From positions 1-53,823 of the IMG/VR virus record IMGVR_UViG_3300044453_000313: a stretch of DNA of 53,823 bases; one strand, given 5' to 3'. This document shows, piece after piece, positions 8,111-17,414 of this stretch. Every line of letters starts with the position of its first letter. The first letter of the stretch is position 1. The stretch comes from a virus (Duplodnaviria > Caudoviricetes). The position numbers and the translations under genes are program-made. The notes beneath the pieces were generated by a model. That model made no database searches. It had not been told where the DNA came from and saw only the letters and a program-made list of their open reading frames with translations.

Positions 8111-8346
8111 GCCTGATCGGGAAATGCAGCAAGCAACAGTTCGAGCACGCATCCCTGCGGCTTCGCGGCCTTTCCACCGACAGGGCGGCCGCCGCAAATG
8201 CGGTGGTGCGGCTGGTCGATCAGGACGAACTGCTCGACGCGGCCCTTGGCGATGCCGGGGTGATGCGGTCCGACGCGGACCTGCTTGCCTTTGCGGCCGA
8301 GGTTCTTGCCGAACTTGCCAAAACCGCAAGGAGGACGGCGCCATGA
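8107..8346 (+). CDS. Hypothetical protein
   Basis: ATGA-coupled on both sides. Confidence 0.55.
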   Translation: MSLIGKCSKQQFEHASLRLRGLSTDRAAAANAVVRLVDQDELLDAALGDAGVMRSDADLLAFAAEVLAELAKTARRTAP

Positions 8347-8807
8347 GCCGCGCGCAGGACCGCGAAATCGCCCGGCTGCGCTCGGCGCTCTACCAGCGCG
8401 ACGCCCGCATCCTGGAGCTTGAGGCGCTGCTGGCGCGCGAGGGCGGTTATCCGGCCGCCTTCGGCCTGACGCACATGCAGACGCGCATGCTGGATTTCCT
8501 GATGCGCAAGGCCGGCGTGAAGCGCCGCGCCATGCACGCCTTTCTCTATGGCGCAACCGCGCAGAATGCGCCGTCCGAAAAGACGGTCAGCGTCCAGATT
8601 TACCTCATGCGCCGCAAGCTGGCGCCGCACGGCATCACCATCGAGCGCAGCGGCGGCAGCGGCTGGAGCCTGCCGGCACCGGCCAAGGCCCGCCTGCGCG
8701 AGGCCATCGACCGCGAGCTTTCCGCCTGTGCCCTTGCCCGTTCCGGCGAGGCCTCGCAGGACGAGGGCGGGGCCTTTGAACCATCTTCAACGGGAGCAAA
8801 TCAATGA
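8343..8807 (+). CDS. OmpR/CtrA-type winged-helix DNA-binding protein without a receiver domain
   Basis: LT..QTRMLDFL...LYG...PSEKTVSVQIYLMRRKL...I....GSGW. Confidence 0.75.
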   Translation: MSRAQDREIARLRSALYQRDARILELEALLAREGGYPAAFGLTHMQTRMLDFLMRKAGVKRRAMHAFLYGATAQNAPSEKTVSVQIYLMRRKLAPHGITIERSGGSGWSLPAPAKARLREAIDRELSACALARSGEASQDEGGAFEPSSTGANQ

Positions 8808-9388
8808 GCCTTGCAGAGGATATCTTTCTCGGCCGGTTGGTCTGGGCGGACCTGACGGCGGCGCAAAAGCGCGATGCCGTACACGACCAACTGGCCGAGG
8901 GCCGCACGGTGGACGAGGCGGCAGGCCTGCTGTCCGTCATCTATGGCCCGATCGGCGCCAATGCGGTGCGGGGCGTCATCAGCCGGCACGGCCTGGACGA
9001 GGACCTGCAGGTGATCGAGGCGCGGCGGATCCGCGCGGCCGACGAACTCAGGGCACGCTCGGCCCGCCAGCGCAGGCAGCGGCCGGTTCTGCTGCCGCGC
9101 CCCGAGCCGCTGCCGCAAATGCCTGCGGTGCGTCTCGGCGATGCACGCAAGAAAAAGGGCATCACGCTGCTCGACCTGAAGGCCTGGCATTGCCGGATGC
9201 CCACATGGGACAAGAACGCGGACGGGCTGGACAACAAGTTCTACTGCGGCAACCGCGCCGAAGAGGGCCGCAGCTACTGCGCCGGCTGCCTGGAGCGCAC
9301 CACGATAAGCCGGGCCGAGCGGCGGCGGAGCCAAGAAAGCGCACTGCTTGCCTTCCCGAAAAAGGGGAGGTTCCGCCGGTGGAAATGA
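8804..9388 (+). CDS. GcrA-family cell-cycle regulator-like protein
   Basis: C-terminal ITLLDL...CRMP...FYCG.....RSYC motif; N-terminal NAVRGVISR helix. Confidence 0.75.
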   Translation: MSLAEDIFLGRLVWADLTAAQKRDAVHDQLAEGRTVDEAAGLLSVIYGPIGANAVRGVISRHGLDEDLQVIEARRIRAADELRARSARQRRQRPVLLPRPEPLPQMPAVRLGDARKKKGITLLDLKAWHCRMPTWDKNADGLDNKFYCGNRAEEGRSYCAGCLERTTISRAERRRSQESALLAFPKKGRFRRWK

Positions 9389-9861
9389 GCGTTCTTCTGC
9401 GGGGCGATACCCGCCAGACCCTGAAAACCTATTCCTGGGCGCGGGCACAACACCGGCTGCGGCTTGCCAGCTATACCGCCGGGTTCACCGCGGCGCGCGA
9501 CCTGATCGCCACGGAAACCGGCGTCGAGCCGGCGAAGGTCGCCGCCGTGCTGGCGGGCGGCTTTTCCAGCCGGGACACGCAGGAGCGGCTTGCCCGCTGG
9601 AACGGGCTGCGCCTTGCCACCTGCCACGGAAAGCCGGTGCTGGTCGCGGATTATGAGGCGGCCGGAGCGGGTCCTGCGGCGGATCCCGTGCCCCTTGCCG
9701 CCGCCGGTTGCGGTGCCGTGCCGCTGACCCCGGAAACCGTCAAGGCCCGGGTGCGGGCGCTGCTCGGCAGCGCCGCCGACGAACCCGAGGCAAGCGGCCG
9801 GGCCGCCTTTGCCGCGCAGATGCGCCCCGGTTCGAGGTCCGCGACAGGGGGGGCGCTGTGA
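9385..9861 (+). CDS. Hypothetical protein
   Basis: ATGA-coupled start at 9385. Confidence 0.55.
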   Translation: MSVLLRGDTRQTLKTYSWARAQHRLRLASYTAGFTAARDLIATETGVEPAKVAAVLAGGFSSRDTQERLARWNGLRLATCHGKPVLVADYEAAGAGPAADPVPLAAAGCGAVPLTPETVKARVRALLGSAADEPEASGRAAFAAQMRPGSRSATGGAL

Positions 9862-10052
9862 TGGCCGCGCGCATGCCGATCACCGACCGCATGGTCGACG
9901 CGGCGATCGAGGCCGCATTTGCCTGCGCCAAGGAATGGGGCGAGGTGCCGGCGACCGCGACGGTTGCGGACCTGCGCAACCCGGAGCTTTCCCGCATCGC
10001 GATGCGCCGCGCCCTGGAGGCCGCCGCATCCCACAAACAGGGGGACGCATGA
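9861..10052 (+). CDS. Small hypothetical phage protein
   Basis: TGATG coupling; ITDRMVDAA...MRRALEAA motif. Confidence 0.55.
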   Translation: MAARMPITDRMVDAAIEAAFACAKEWGEVPATATVADLRNPELSRIAMRRALEAAASHKQGDA

Positions 10053-10246
10053 TGCCGGCAAGGATGCCTGACGACTACAGCGCCAATCACGCCATGGCCG
10101 ACCGCATTGTCGCCTTCTGGCGCGAGCGCGGCCTGGCGGTGGACCTGGAAATCACATCGGTCGGCACCGGCAAGTTCGGCGGCTTTTTCCAGATCCGCTC
10201 CGACATGGTCGACGGCCTGCCCGTCCCGGAACGGAGGGCCAAGTGA
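10049..10246 (+). CDS. Small hypothetical phage protein
   Basis: RIVAFWRERG...IRSDMVDGLP; coupled. Confidence 0.6.
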   Translation: MMPARMPDDYSANHAMADRIVAFWRERGLAVDLEITSVGTGKFGGFFQIRSDMVDGLPVPERRAK

Positions 10247-10902
10247 TGTCTACCGCTCACCTTGACCGGGTGTTTGAAGTTGCCGTCAAAACTCCGGAGG
10301 GCCGCGCGTCGGGGACATATGCCACGGCGACCTGTGCCTGCGGACGGTCTGACGACATCCTCGTCAAACGCAGTGCCGGAGGGCGCGTGCCGACCGCCGA
10401 GCCTTACGCTCGCCGTTTCAGGAATCGCGGATGGGATGTCGGGAACCGCATTGGCGGGCATACCTGCCCCGACTGCAAGGGCGGCACCAAGGCCGACAGC
10501 AAAGCGGCAGGGGCAGAGGCGGACACCAAGCCCGCAGCGGCGCCGAAGGCGGATCCGCCGCCGCAGGCGAGGCCCGACGACCGGCGCCGGATCCTGGAAG
10601 CGCTGGATATCGTGTTTACGCCCGAGGACGGTTTCGACGCCGGCTTCGACGATGCCAGCGTCGCCAAGGAACTGAACGTGCCGCGCCGCTGGGTGGAAGA
10701 GGTCCGCGAGCAGTTTATCGGCCCGATCCCAGAACCGAAGGTCGACCATATCGCCGAGGCGCGCAAGCTCCTGACCGACCTGGCATCCGCCGCGGTGCGG
10801 CTTCAGAACGCCATCGAGCAGGCAAATGCCGAGCGCTCGCGCATCCGCGCCCTGCAGGCGGATATCGACCACATGCTGAAACTGGCCGGAGGTGGAAAAT
10901 GA
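10246..10902 (+). CDS. Hypothetical protein with Zn-ribbon-like CxC/CPDC motifs and an HTH-like segment
   Basis: GGAGG RBS; CACG, HTCPDC, DASVAKELNVPRRWV. Confidence 0.65.
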   Translation: MSTAHLDRVFEVAVKTPEGRASGTYATATCACGRSDDILVKRSAGGRVPTAEPYARRFRNRGWDVGNRIGGHTCPDCKGGTKADSKAAGAEADTKPAAAPKADPPPQARPDDRRRILEALDIVFTPEDGFDAGFDDASVAKELNVPRRWVEEVREQFIGPIPEPKVDHIAEARKLLTDLASAAVRLQNAIEQANAERSRIRALQADIDHMLKLAGGGK

Positions 10903-11069
10903 TCGTCCTGCGCGTGCTTGCTGGCGTCCTGGCGGCGCTCTTGATCCTGGCAATCCTGCCGCCGCTGGCGCTGTCGTGGTGGTTCGGCGTCATCACCGGG
11001 GTGCTGTACGGCATCGGGCGGCGGCTGGTCGACTTCGCATCCGGGGACAGGGCGGAGGGCGACACATGA
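10899..11069 (+). CDS. Small membrane protein
   Basis: Hydrophobic 56-aa ORF, ATGA-coupled. Confidence 0.5.
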   Translation: MIVLRVLAGVLAALLILAILPPLALSWWFGVITGVLYGIGRRLVDFASGDRAEGDT

Positions 11070-11518
11070 TGGACCTGCCGACGAACCTTGCGCACATGCG
11101 GCCGGACCGCGTGCCCGATTTCGTGATCGGCGAACCGGCCTATCTGGAGCGCTGGTGGATCCTGCCGCGCAACCCGACTTTCAACATCTACTATCACCGC
11201 ATCCTGCGCGATGACGACGACCGCGCCCTGCACGATCACCCGTGGCCGAGCTTTTCGATCATGGTGCGCGGGCAGTTGCGCGAGGTCACGGTGGACGGGC
11301 CGCGCATCGTGCGGGCCGGGGACTGCGTCTATCGCGGCCCGGAAATGGCGCACCGGCTGGAACTGATCGACGGCCAGCCCGTCGAGACGCTTTTCATCAC
11401 CGGGCCGCGCGTGCGCGAATGGGGCTTTCATTGCCCCAAGGGCTGGGTGCATTGGGAAGATTTCACCGCGCCGGGCGACAGCCGGCTTGTGGGCCGTGGC
11501 TGCGGGGAAATGTCATGA
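11066..11518 (+). CDS. Cupin-fold phage protein
   Basis: LHDHPW...E and AHRLEL metal-binding cupin motifs. Confidence 0.7.
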   Translation: MMDLPTNLAHMRPDRVPDFVIGEPAYLERWWILPRNPTFNIYYHRILRDDDDRALHDHPWPSFSIMVRGQLREVTVDGPRIVRAGDCVYRGPEMAHRLELIDGQPVETLFITGPRVREWGFHCPKGWVHWEDFTAPGDSRLVGRGCGEMS

Positions 11519-11904
11519 ACCCCGATTACGCACACCTTCTGAAAGGCGCGACGCTGGATTATGCGCGGCTCGGTCTAGCCATCAAGGCGGTGATTGCTGA
11601 ACGCGGCTGCACCCTGCAGGACGTTCAGGCGCAGACGCGCGTGTCGCGCGCCTCCGTCAGCCGGGCGACGGCGGGCATCGAGATTTCCACCGGGCCGCTG
11701 CTGCTGCTGTGCATTTGGGCGGACCTGAACCCGTTTGAACTTCTGCGGCCGGTGGAAATGCCCGAACCCGCGACCGGACTTGCCGGAGACGTGGGCGATT
11801 ACAGGGTGTTTCACGGGCGACAGGGCGTGAAACTACCTGAAAAACAAAGGCAATTGCGGACGAGCAGCCTTGGCAGCCGAAAGGGGAGGGCGCGCCATGC
11901 GTGA
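11515..11904 (+). CDS. XRE-type HTH protein
   Basis: TLQDVQAQTRVSRASVSRA. Confidence 0.65.
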   Translation: MNPDYAHLLKGATLDYARLGLAIKAVIAERGCTLQDVQAQTRVSRASVSRATAGIEISTGPLLLLCIWADLNPFELLRPVEMPEPATGLAGDVGDYRVFHGRQGVKLPEKQRQLRTSSLGSRKGRARHA

Positions 11905-13234
11905 AACCTTCCTCGACGGGCGCGTGACGCTGCTGTGCGGCGACAGCCTGGACCTTCTGAAAGACCTGCCGGACGACAGCATCGACAGTTGCGTCACCGA
12001 CGCGCCGTATCATCTGACCAGCATCGTCAACCGCTATGGATCTCCGGATTCCAAGGTCACGGTGAACAAGCCGGAAAGTGCTGTCTACAAGCGGCAGGCT
12101 ACCGGCTTCATGGGCAAGCAATGGGACGGTGGCGACATTGCCTTCAAGCCGGATATCTGGCGTGCGGTCTATCGCGTCCTGAAGCCCGGCGGCTATCTGC
12201 TTGCCTTCGCTTCGACGCGCGGGTTCGGGCGGATGTCGCATGCCATTGAGACGGCCGGGTTCATTCAGCATCCGCTGATTGCCTATCTGTTCGATCCGGA
12301 CCCGGCGACGGCCGCTTTTCTGGCCGCCCTTTCCGAAGAGCAGTTCGCGGCGCTGGCGCGGCTGGTCGACCTTCAGGACGGCGGCCTGCTGGCCTGGCTG
12401 TTCGGGTCCGGCTTTCCGAAGGCGACCCGCATTCAGGCGGAAGGCTTCGACGGCTGGCGCTACGGCGGGCAGAGCCTGAAGCCGGCCATTGAACCGGTGT
12501 TCATGGGACAGAAGCCTTTCAGCGAGAAGAACGGCACGGCGAACATTCTGAAGCACGGCACGGGTGGTGTGAACATCGACGGGTGCCGTGTTGGCACCGA
12601 TAAGGTTGGTTGGTCTGGGGCTGCTGCTGGCAGTGAAGACAGCACGCAGTCCGGCGGCAGAAACTACCGTATGCGTGGTGGCGAGGCGCGGCCAGTTGAT
12701 GGCCGGTGGCCCGCGAACGTGATCCACGACGGCAGTGCGGCGGTGCTGGCGGGCTTTCCGGAGGCGCCGGGACAGCAGGGCGTGGTCACCGGCGGGGAAC
12801 CGACCGGGGCCGGTTTCAGCGGCGATGTTTATGCTTTCCGCACCAGCGACCGGAAAGCCGCCATTCCGCGCCCGGATTCCGGTTCGGCCGCCCGCTTTTT
12901 CTATTCCGCCAAGGCCGACGCCCAAGACCGCATCGGCTCCAGACACCCGACTGTCAAGCCCGTCGACCTGATGCGCTACCTGGTGCGGCTGGTGACGCCG
13001 CCGGGCGGCACGGTGCTGGACTGTTTTGCAGGCACCGGGACGACCGGCGAGGCGGCATTTTACGAGGGCTTCAACGCGGTGCTGTGCGAGCGCGAGCCGG
13101 ACTATCAGGCCGATATTCGCCGCCGCATGGCGCTTTGTGTTGCAGGACCTGACGAGCGCCGGCGCGAAAGCGTCAAGGCCCGGCAGGGCGGTCAGCCGGA
13201 AGACTTCGGGCCGCTGTTTTCAACCCAGCCATAG
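11897..13234 (+). CDS. DNA adenine-N6/cytosine-N4 methyltransferase (beta class)
   Basis: CGDSL, VTDAPY (DPPY variant), RVLKPGG, HPTVKP, VLDCFAGTGTT. Confidence 0.9.
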   Translation: MRETFLDGRVTLLCGDSLDLLKDLPDDSIDSCVTDAPYHLTSIVNRYGSPDSKVTVNKPESAVYKRQATGFMGKQWDGGDIAFKPDIWRAVYRVLKPGGYLLAFASTRGFGRMSHAIETAGFIQHPLIAYLFDPDPATAAFLAALSEEQFAALARLVDLQDGGLLAWLFGSGFPKATRIQAEGFDGWRYGGQSLKPAIEPVFMGQKPFSEKNGTANILKHGTGGVNIDGCRVGTDKVGWSGAAAGSEDSTQSGGRNYRMRGGEARPVDGRWPANVIHDGSAAVLAGFPEAPGQQGVVTGGEPTGAGFSGDVYAFRTSDRKAAIPRPDSGSAARFFYSAKADAQDRIGSRHPTVKPVDLMRYLVRLVTPPGGTVLDCFAGTGTTGEAAFYEGFNAVLCEREPDYQADIRRRMALCVAGPDERRRESVKARQGGQPEDFGPLFSTQP

Positions 13235-13243
13235 GAGCAAGAC

Positions 13244-13624
13244 ATGGCGAGGACTATCAGGAATCTGGACCAGCTTATCGGCCTTCTGAACAAGGGCCGG
13301 TTTGCCGAGAAGTGCGACGAGGAACTGTTGCGCGTCATGGAGGCGCTGGCCGAACTGCCTGGCGAAAAGGGCAAGGCCAAAATCACCATCGAAATCACCA
13401 TCGCCCGCGATCATGAACTCGTCAACGTGGTGCCGGTGGTGAAGGCCAAGCTGCCGGAAACCGGCACGTTCTCGGCAACGCCCTTCTGGGAAGACGGCGG
13501 CGCGTTGTCCGTCGAGCACCCGAACCAGCGCGACATGTTCGCCGGGCCGCGCTCGGCGCCCGCAATGCCCGTGCCGGCCGCGTCCGACCGCGAGGACCGC
13601 GAACGGGCGGACATCAACGGCTGA
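13244..13624 (+). CDS. Hypothetical phage protein (usual partner of DUF2303)
   Basis: AGGAG RBS; KAKITIEITI...VKAKLP...FW....L...HPNQ. Confidence 0.7.
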   Translation: MARTIRNLDQLIGLLNKGRFAEKCDEELLRVMEALAELPGEKGKAKITIEITIARDHELVNVVPVVKAKLPETGTFSATPFWEDGGALSVEHPNQRDMFAGPRSAPAMPVPAASDREDRERADING

Positions 13625-13669
13625 GCGTCACGCCCGGCCACAATCCCCTCCTAAAAAGGATCTTTTGAC

Positions 13670-14596
13670 ATGGATGATCGCAACACGCCGGACATGAACC
13701 GGCCGACCGCCGACCTGATCGAGCGCCTTGCCGTCGAGGGCGGCAAGGTGCAGATGGGCGAGGTCAACACCAAGGGCCTCGGCCCGGGCCTGCCGGAAAA
13801 GGTGCCGTTTGTCTGGGACGCCAAGGACCAGCAGGCGGTGTCGCTGAAAGCGCTGATCGAAGGCCACCGCCAGATGCCCGAGCGGCGGCGGGGCACCGCG
13901 CATGTGACGACGCTGCAAAGCTTCATCGATCTTGCCAACCGGCACAAGGACAGCGATTCCGTTCTCTTCGGCAAGACGTCGTGGCCGGCGCCGCGCCTGA
14001 CGGCGGTGCTGGATTATCACAAGCAGGACGGCGCCGCCCGGCACAACGGGCACCGCGTCGACTATGACTTCCCGGTAACCGAAGAGCTGAAAGCCTGGAT
14101 CGAGCATAACGCGAAGGGCATGTCGCAGGCGGACTTTGCCGTTTTTCTTGAGGACCATGTGCCGGAACTCGCCAGCGCGAGCGAGGAAGAGAAACAGTAT
14201 TACGAGCCGAAATTCAATGTCCGGTTCGCCGAACCCATGGAACTGATGCAGTTGTCGCGGCAACTGGAAATCCACGTCAATTCGAGTTTCAGGCAGCGCG
14301 AAATCCTGCAGAGCGGCGAGCGCGTCATCGAGTTCAAGGAAGACCATCAGACCGCGCAGGGCGAAAAGGTCGACGTGCCGGGCCTCTTCATGGTCGCGGT
14401 TCCCGCCTTCCTGGACGGCGCGCCGGTGCGCATGCCCGTGCGGCTGCGCTACCGCGCCAAGGGCGGCGGCGGCGTTGTCTGGTTCTATGAAGTCTTCCGC
14501 TGGGAACACTTCCTGCGCGAGCGGGTGAAGGCCGACCTTGACATCGCCGCCAAGGAAACGGGCCTGCCCGCCTATGAGGGCGCGCCGGAAAGCTGA
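13670..14596 (+). CDS. DUF2303 (YfdQ-like) family protein
   Basis: GTAHVTTLQSFI, AVLDYH, MSQADFAVFLED, VRLRYR. Confidence 0.85.
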   Translation: MDDRNTPDMNRPTADLIERLAVEGGKVQMGEVNTKGLGPGLPEKVPFVWDAKDQQAVSLKALIEGHRQMPERRRGTAHVTTLQSFIDLANRHKDSDSVLFGKTSWPAPRLTAVLDYHKQDGAARHNGHRVDYDFPVTEELKAWIEHNAKGMSQADFAVFLEDHVPELASASEEEKQYYEPKFNVRFAEPMELMQLSRQLEIHVNSSFRQREILQSGERVIEFKEDHQTAQGEKVDVPGLFMVAVPAFLDGAPVRMPVRLRYRAKGGGGVVWFYEVFRWEHFLRERVKADLDIAAKETGLPAYEGAPES

Positions 14597-14607
14597 GACG
14601 TGACCCG

Positions 14608-14640
14608 CAGGCGCCCCGCGCGGGGCGCCTGTTCTTTCTC
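14608..14640 (+). terminator. GC-rich hairpin, possible intrinsic terminator
   Basis: Perfect palindrome CAGGCGCCCCGCGCGGGGCGCCTG followed by TTCTTT. Confidence 0.5.
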
Positions 14641-14662
14641 TCCAAGGCAAGGGGGCAAGGCA

Positions 14663-14920
14663 ATGGCATTCGATTGGAACCGGGTTCTGTTCACCTGCGC
14701 AATCTGCCGGCGCGACATACTCGCGCGGCACAGCCACGCCGGGCGGCAGCATCAACTTGAGCCGGTTTGCAGGATTTGCGATCGCGATTACGGCGGGCCT
14801 GAGCCGCAGCATGGCGCCTTCCGCGACCGCCGCCGCGCTGTCCAAGTCTCTGCCCTTGCCGAAGCACTGCGCTGCCTTGCTGCAAACAAGATCTATGGAG
14901 GCGCCAATGGCCGCGCGTGA
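14663..14920 (+). CDS. Small CxxC...CxxC protein
   Basis: CAIC and CRIC motifs. Confidence 0.5.
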   Translation: MAFDWNRVLFTCAICRRDILARHSHAGRQHQLEPVCRICDRDYGGPEPQHGAFRDRRRAVQVSALAEALRCLAANKIYGGANGRA

Positions 14921-15155
14921 TTACGAAAGCCAGCCGGAAACCGAAAGCCTCGGCATTGACACGGTCATCCGTGGGCTTTGCGGCGACCTTGAAGCGCTGC
15001 GCAAGGGAGAGATTTCGCCGCAGGAGGCGATGGCCCGAAGTGCCCTTGCAAAGCAGATTTTCAACGGCTTCCGGATCTACCTGAACGGCTCGAAGTTCCT
15101 TGCCGATCAGGCGCGGCCGGTCGGCAACCAGATCGGGGGCAAGGGCGATGCCTGA
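14907..15155 (+). CDS. Hypothetical protein
   Basis: GGAGG RBS, ATG 14907. Confidence 0.6.
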   Translation: MAARDYESQPETESLGIDTVIRGLCGDLEALRKGEISPQEAMARSALAKQIFNGFRIYLNGSKFLADQARPVGNQIGGKGDA

Positions 15156-15468
15156 ACGCATCCAGATGACCCGGTCGAAGCCCTGGCGGGCCGGGCACCC
15201 GCACGCGGTCAAGGTCGACCGCTCGACGAAATGGGGCAACCGCTACCGGGTCGGGGATCCGTCGCCGGTCACCGGCGACCCCATGACGGCGGAAGAGGCC
15301 TGCGACCTGTTCGAATGCCATGTCGTGCCGACCCTGCCGGTGCATGAACTGGCGGGCAAGGACCTGGCCTGCTGGTGCAGGCCGGGCGCGCCCTGTCATG
15401 CGGACGTTCTGCTGAAATACGCCGCGCGCTGCGCACCGAAAGAGGGGGGGCCAAGTGATGGCCGATAG
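15148..15468 (+). CDS. DUF4326 family protein
   Basis: VDRSTKWGN, LAGKDLACWC, PCHADVL. Confidence 0.85.
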   Translation: MPERIQMTRSKPWRAGHPHAVKVDRSTKWGNRYRVGDPSPVTGDPMTAEEACDLFECHVVPTLPVHELAGKDLACWCRPGAPCHADVLLKYAARCAPKEGGPSDGR

Positions 15469-16609
15469 GACCAAGATCGAATGGACGGACGCGACCTGGA
15501 ACCCCATCACGGGCTGTTCGCTCATATCCGAAGGCTGCCGCAACTGCTATGCGGCGGAACTCGCCGCGAGCCGGCTGAAGAACACGCCGGAACGCTTCGG
15601 TCTTGCCAAGCGCAACGCGGCCGGCGTCGCGCAGTTCACCGGCAAGGTGCGGTTCAATGAGAAGTGGCTGGACCAGCCGCTGCGCTGGAGGAAACGCCGC
15701 CGGATTTTCGTCTGCGCGCACGCGGACCTCTTTCATGAAAACGTGCCGGACGCGTGGATCGACCGGATATTCGCCGTCATGGCGCTGTGCCCGCAGCATA
15801 CGTTTCAGGTGCTGACCAAGCGGCCGGAACGGATGCGGGCCTATCTTTCATGCATGGGGTCGCGCCTGCGGATCGATGCGCAGCGCAAGGCCGTTCAGGA
15901 AGGACGGGGCGTCAACATCTACGCCTTTTATGACGTGGTCGGTTCTCCGCCGGGGGAAACCCGGGGGGAATGGGCCGCGAACTGGCCGCTGCCGAATCTT
16001 TGGGCGGGTGTCTCGATCGAGGACCAGCCGACAGCGGACACGCGCATTCCATACCTTCTGCAGACGCCCGCGGCCGTGCGCTTCGTCTCTGCCGAGCCGC
16101 TGCTCGGGCCGCTGAGCCTTCGCAATATCTTGAAGTACAACGCGCAGGGACGGCCGTGGATAGATGCTTTGCGTGGCCTTGTCACTCGGGGTCAATATCT
16201 CGCGCGCTCACCCTCTGAATGTTCATTCAACACTTCGACGCGGATCCCGGGGGAACTGCCCGGCCTCGATTGGGTGATCGTCGGCGGCGAAAGCGGGCGC
16301 CGTGCCCGGCCGATGCATCCCGCCTGGGTGCGGCGGATCCGCGACGATTGCGCGGTGGCCGGCGTGCCTTTCCTCTTCAAGCAGTGGGGCGCCTGGCTTC
16401 CGCGCAGTCACGCGGAACATCTTGGCGACGAAATCAACGATCTGCCATTGGGCGAATTTCACACGCCGGACGGCGAATGGATGGACGCCTGCATGTGTTC
16501 CGAAGGTGCCGCCGACATGCCGATGTTTCAGGTCGGCAAGGGCGCCGCCGGCCGTCTTCTCGACGGCGTCGCGCATGACGCCTTTCCGGCAACGGGGAGG
16601 GCGGCATGA
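15458..16609 (+). CDS. DUF5131 / phage Gp37-Gp68 family protein (radical-SAM-like)
   Basis: TKIEWTDATWNPITGC..ISEGCRNCYA, FQVLTKRPER, SAEPLLG, WVIVGGESG, FKQWG. Confidence 0.9.
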   Translation: MADRTKIEWTDATWNPITGCSLISEGCRNCYAAELAASRLKNTPERFGLAKRNAAGVAQFTGKVRFNEKWLDQPLRWRKRRRIFVCAHADLFHENVPDAWIDRIFAVMALCPQHTFQVLTKRPERMRAYLSCMGSRLRIDAQRKAVQEGRGVNIYAFYDVVGSPPGETRGEWAANWPLPNLWAGVSIEDQPTADTRIPYLLQTPAAVRFVSAEPLLGPLSLRNILKYNAQGRPWIDALRGLVTRGQYLARSPSECSFNTSTRIPGELPGLDWVIVGGESGRRARPMHPAWVRRIRDDCAVAGVPFLFKQWGAWLPRSHAEHLGDEINDLPLGEFHTPDGEWMDACMCSEGAADMPMFQVGKGAAGRLLDGVAHDAFPATGRAA

Positions 16610-17055
16610 CCGAGCTTCCGGACATCGCTCTTTCCGTCCGCCAGCCCTGGGCCTGGGCGATCATCCATGCCGGCAAGGACATTGAAAACCGTTTCTGGAA
16701 ATACAGCAATCCGGGGCTGCGGTTCCGGGGGCGGGTCGCCATCCATGCCGCGAAGGGCATGACGCGCGAAGAATACGAGGACGGTGCCGACTGGATTCGC
16801 CGCTGCGGCGCAAATTGTCCGCATGCTGTCGCGCTAGATCGCGGCGGCATCATCGGCACGGTCGAGATAGTCGACGTCGTCCGCGTCTCGTCCAGCCCGT
16901 GGTTTTTCGGTCCTTGCGGCCTGGTGCTGCGTGACCCGCAGCTTTGCGAGTTCATTCCGGCCGTTGGGGCGCTCGGTTTCTTCAAGTGGAAGAGGGCCGG
17001 CGCGGAAATCGTTCCGGCGCCTGCCAAGTGGGCACTATCGGAGGGGCGTGGCTGA
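16606..17055 (+). CDS. ASCH domain protein
   Basis: ALSVRQPWAWAI...GKDIENR...RGRVAIHA. Confidence 0.85.
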   Translation: MTELPDIALSVRQPWAWAIIHAGKDIENRFWKYSNPGLRFRGRVAIHAAKGMTREEYEDGADWIRRCGANCPHAVALDRGGIIGTVEIVDVVRVSSSPWFFGPCGLVLRDPQLCEFIPAVGALGFFKWKRAGAEIVPAPAKWALSEGRG

Positions 17056-17414
17056 TGGCGGTCTATGTCGATGATATGCAGGCGTCGTTCGGCCGCATGG
17101 TCATGTGTCACATGTGGGCCGACACGCTGCCGGAACTGCTGATGATGGCCGACATGATCGGCGTTGCGCGCAAATGGCTGCAACAGCCGCCGAAGGCCTC
17201 GTGGGTTCACTTCGATATCGCGAAGTCAAAGCGCGCCCTGGCGGTGCGCTACGGCGCCATTGAAACCGACCGGTTCGGCCCGGTGGAACACACGGCCCGG
17301 CTTCTTCTGAAATCCGACAACCCGGAAACCGTCGCCCGTGGCAGCCGGCAGCTTGAGGCCGTCGCAGCATGCCGCGCACGGCGCGCGGGCGAAGCGCAGG
17401 GGAGCCTGATCTGA
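17055..17414 (+). CDS. DUF4031 family protein
   Basis: MAVYVDD...MCHMWADT..EL..MA..IG...WLQ...HFDI. Confidence 0.8.
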   Translation: MAVYVDDMQASFGRMVMCHMWADTLPELLMMADMIGVARKWLQQPPKASWVHFDIAKSKRALAVRYGAIETDRFGPVEHTARLLLKSDNPETVARGSRQLEAVAACRARRAGEAQGSLI

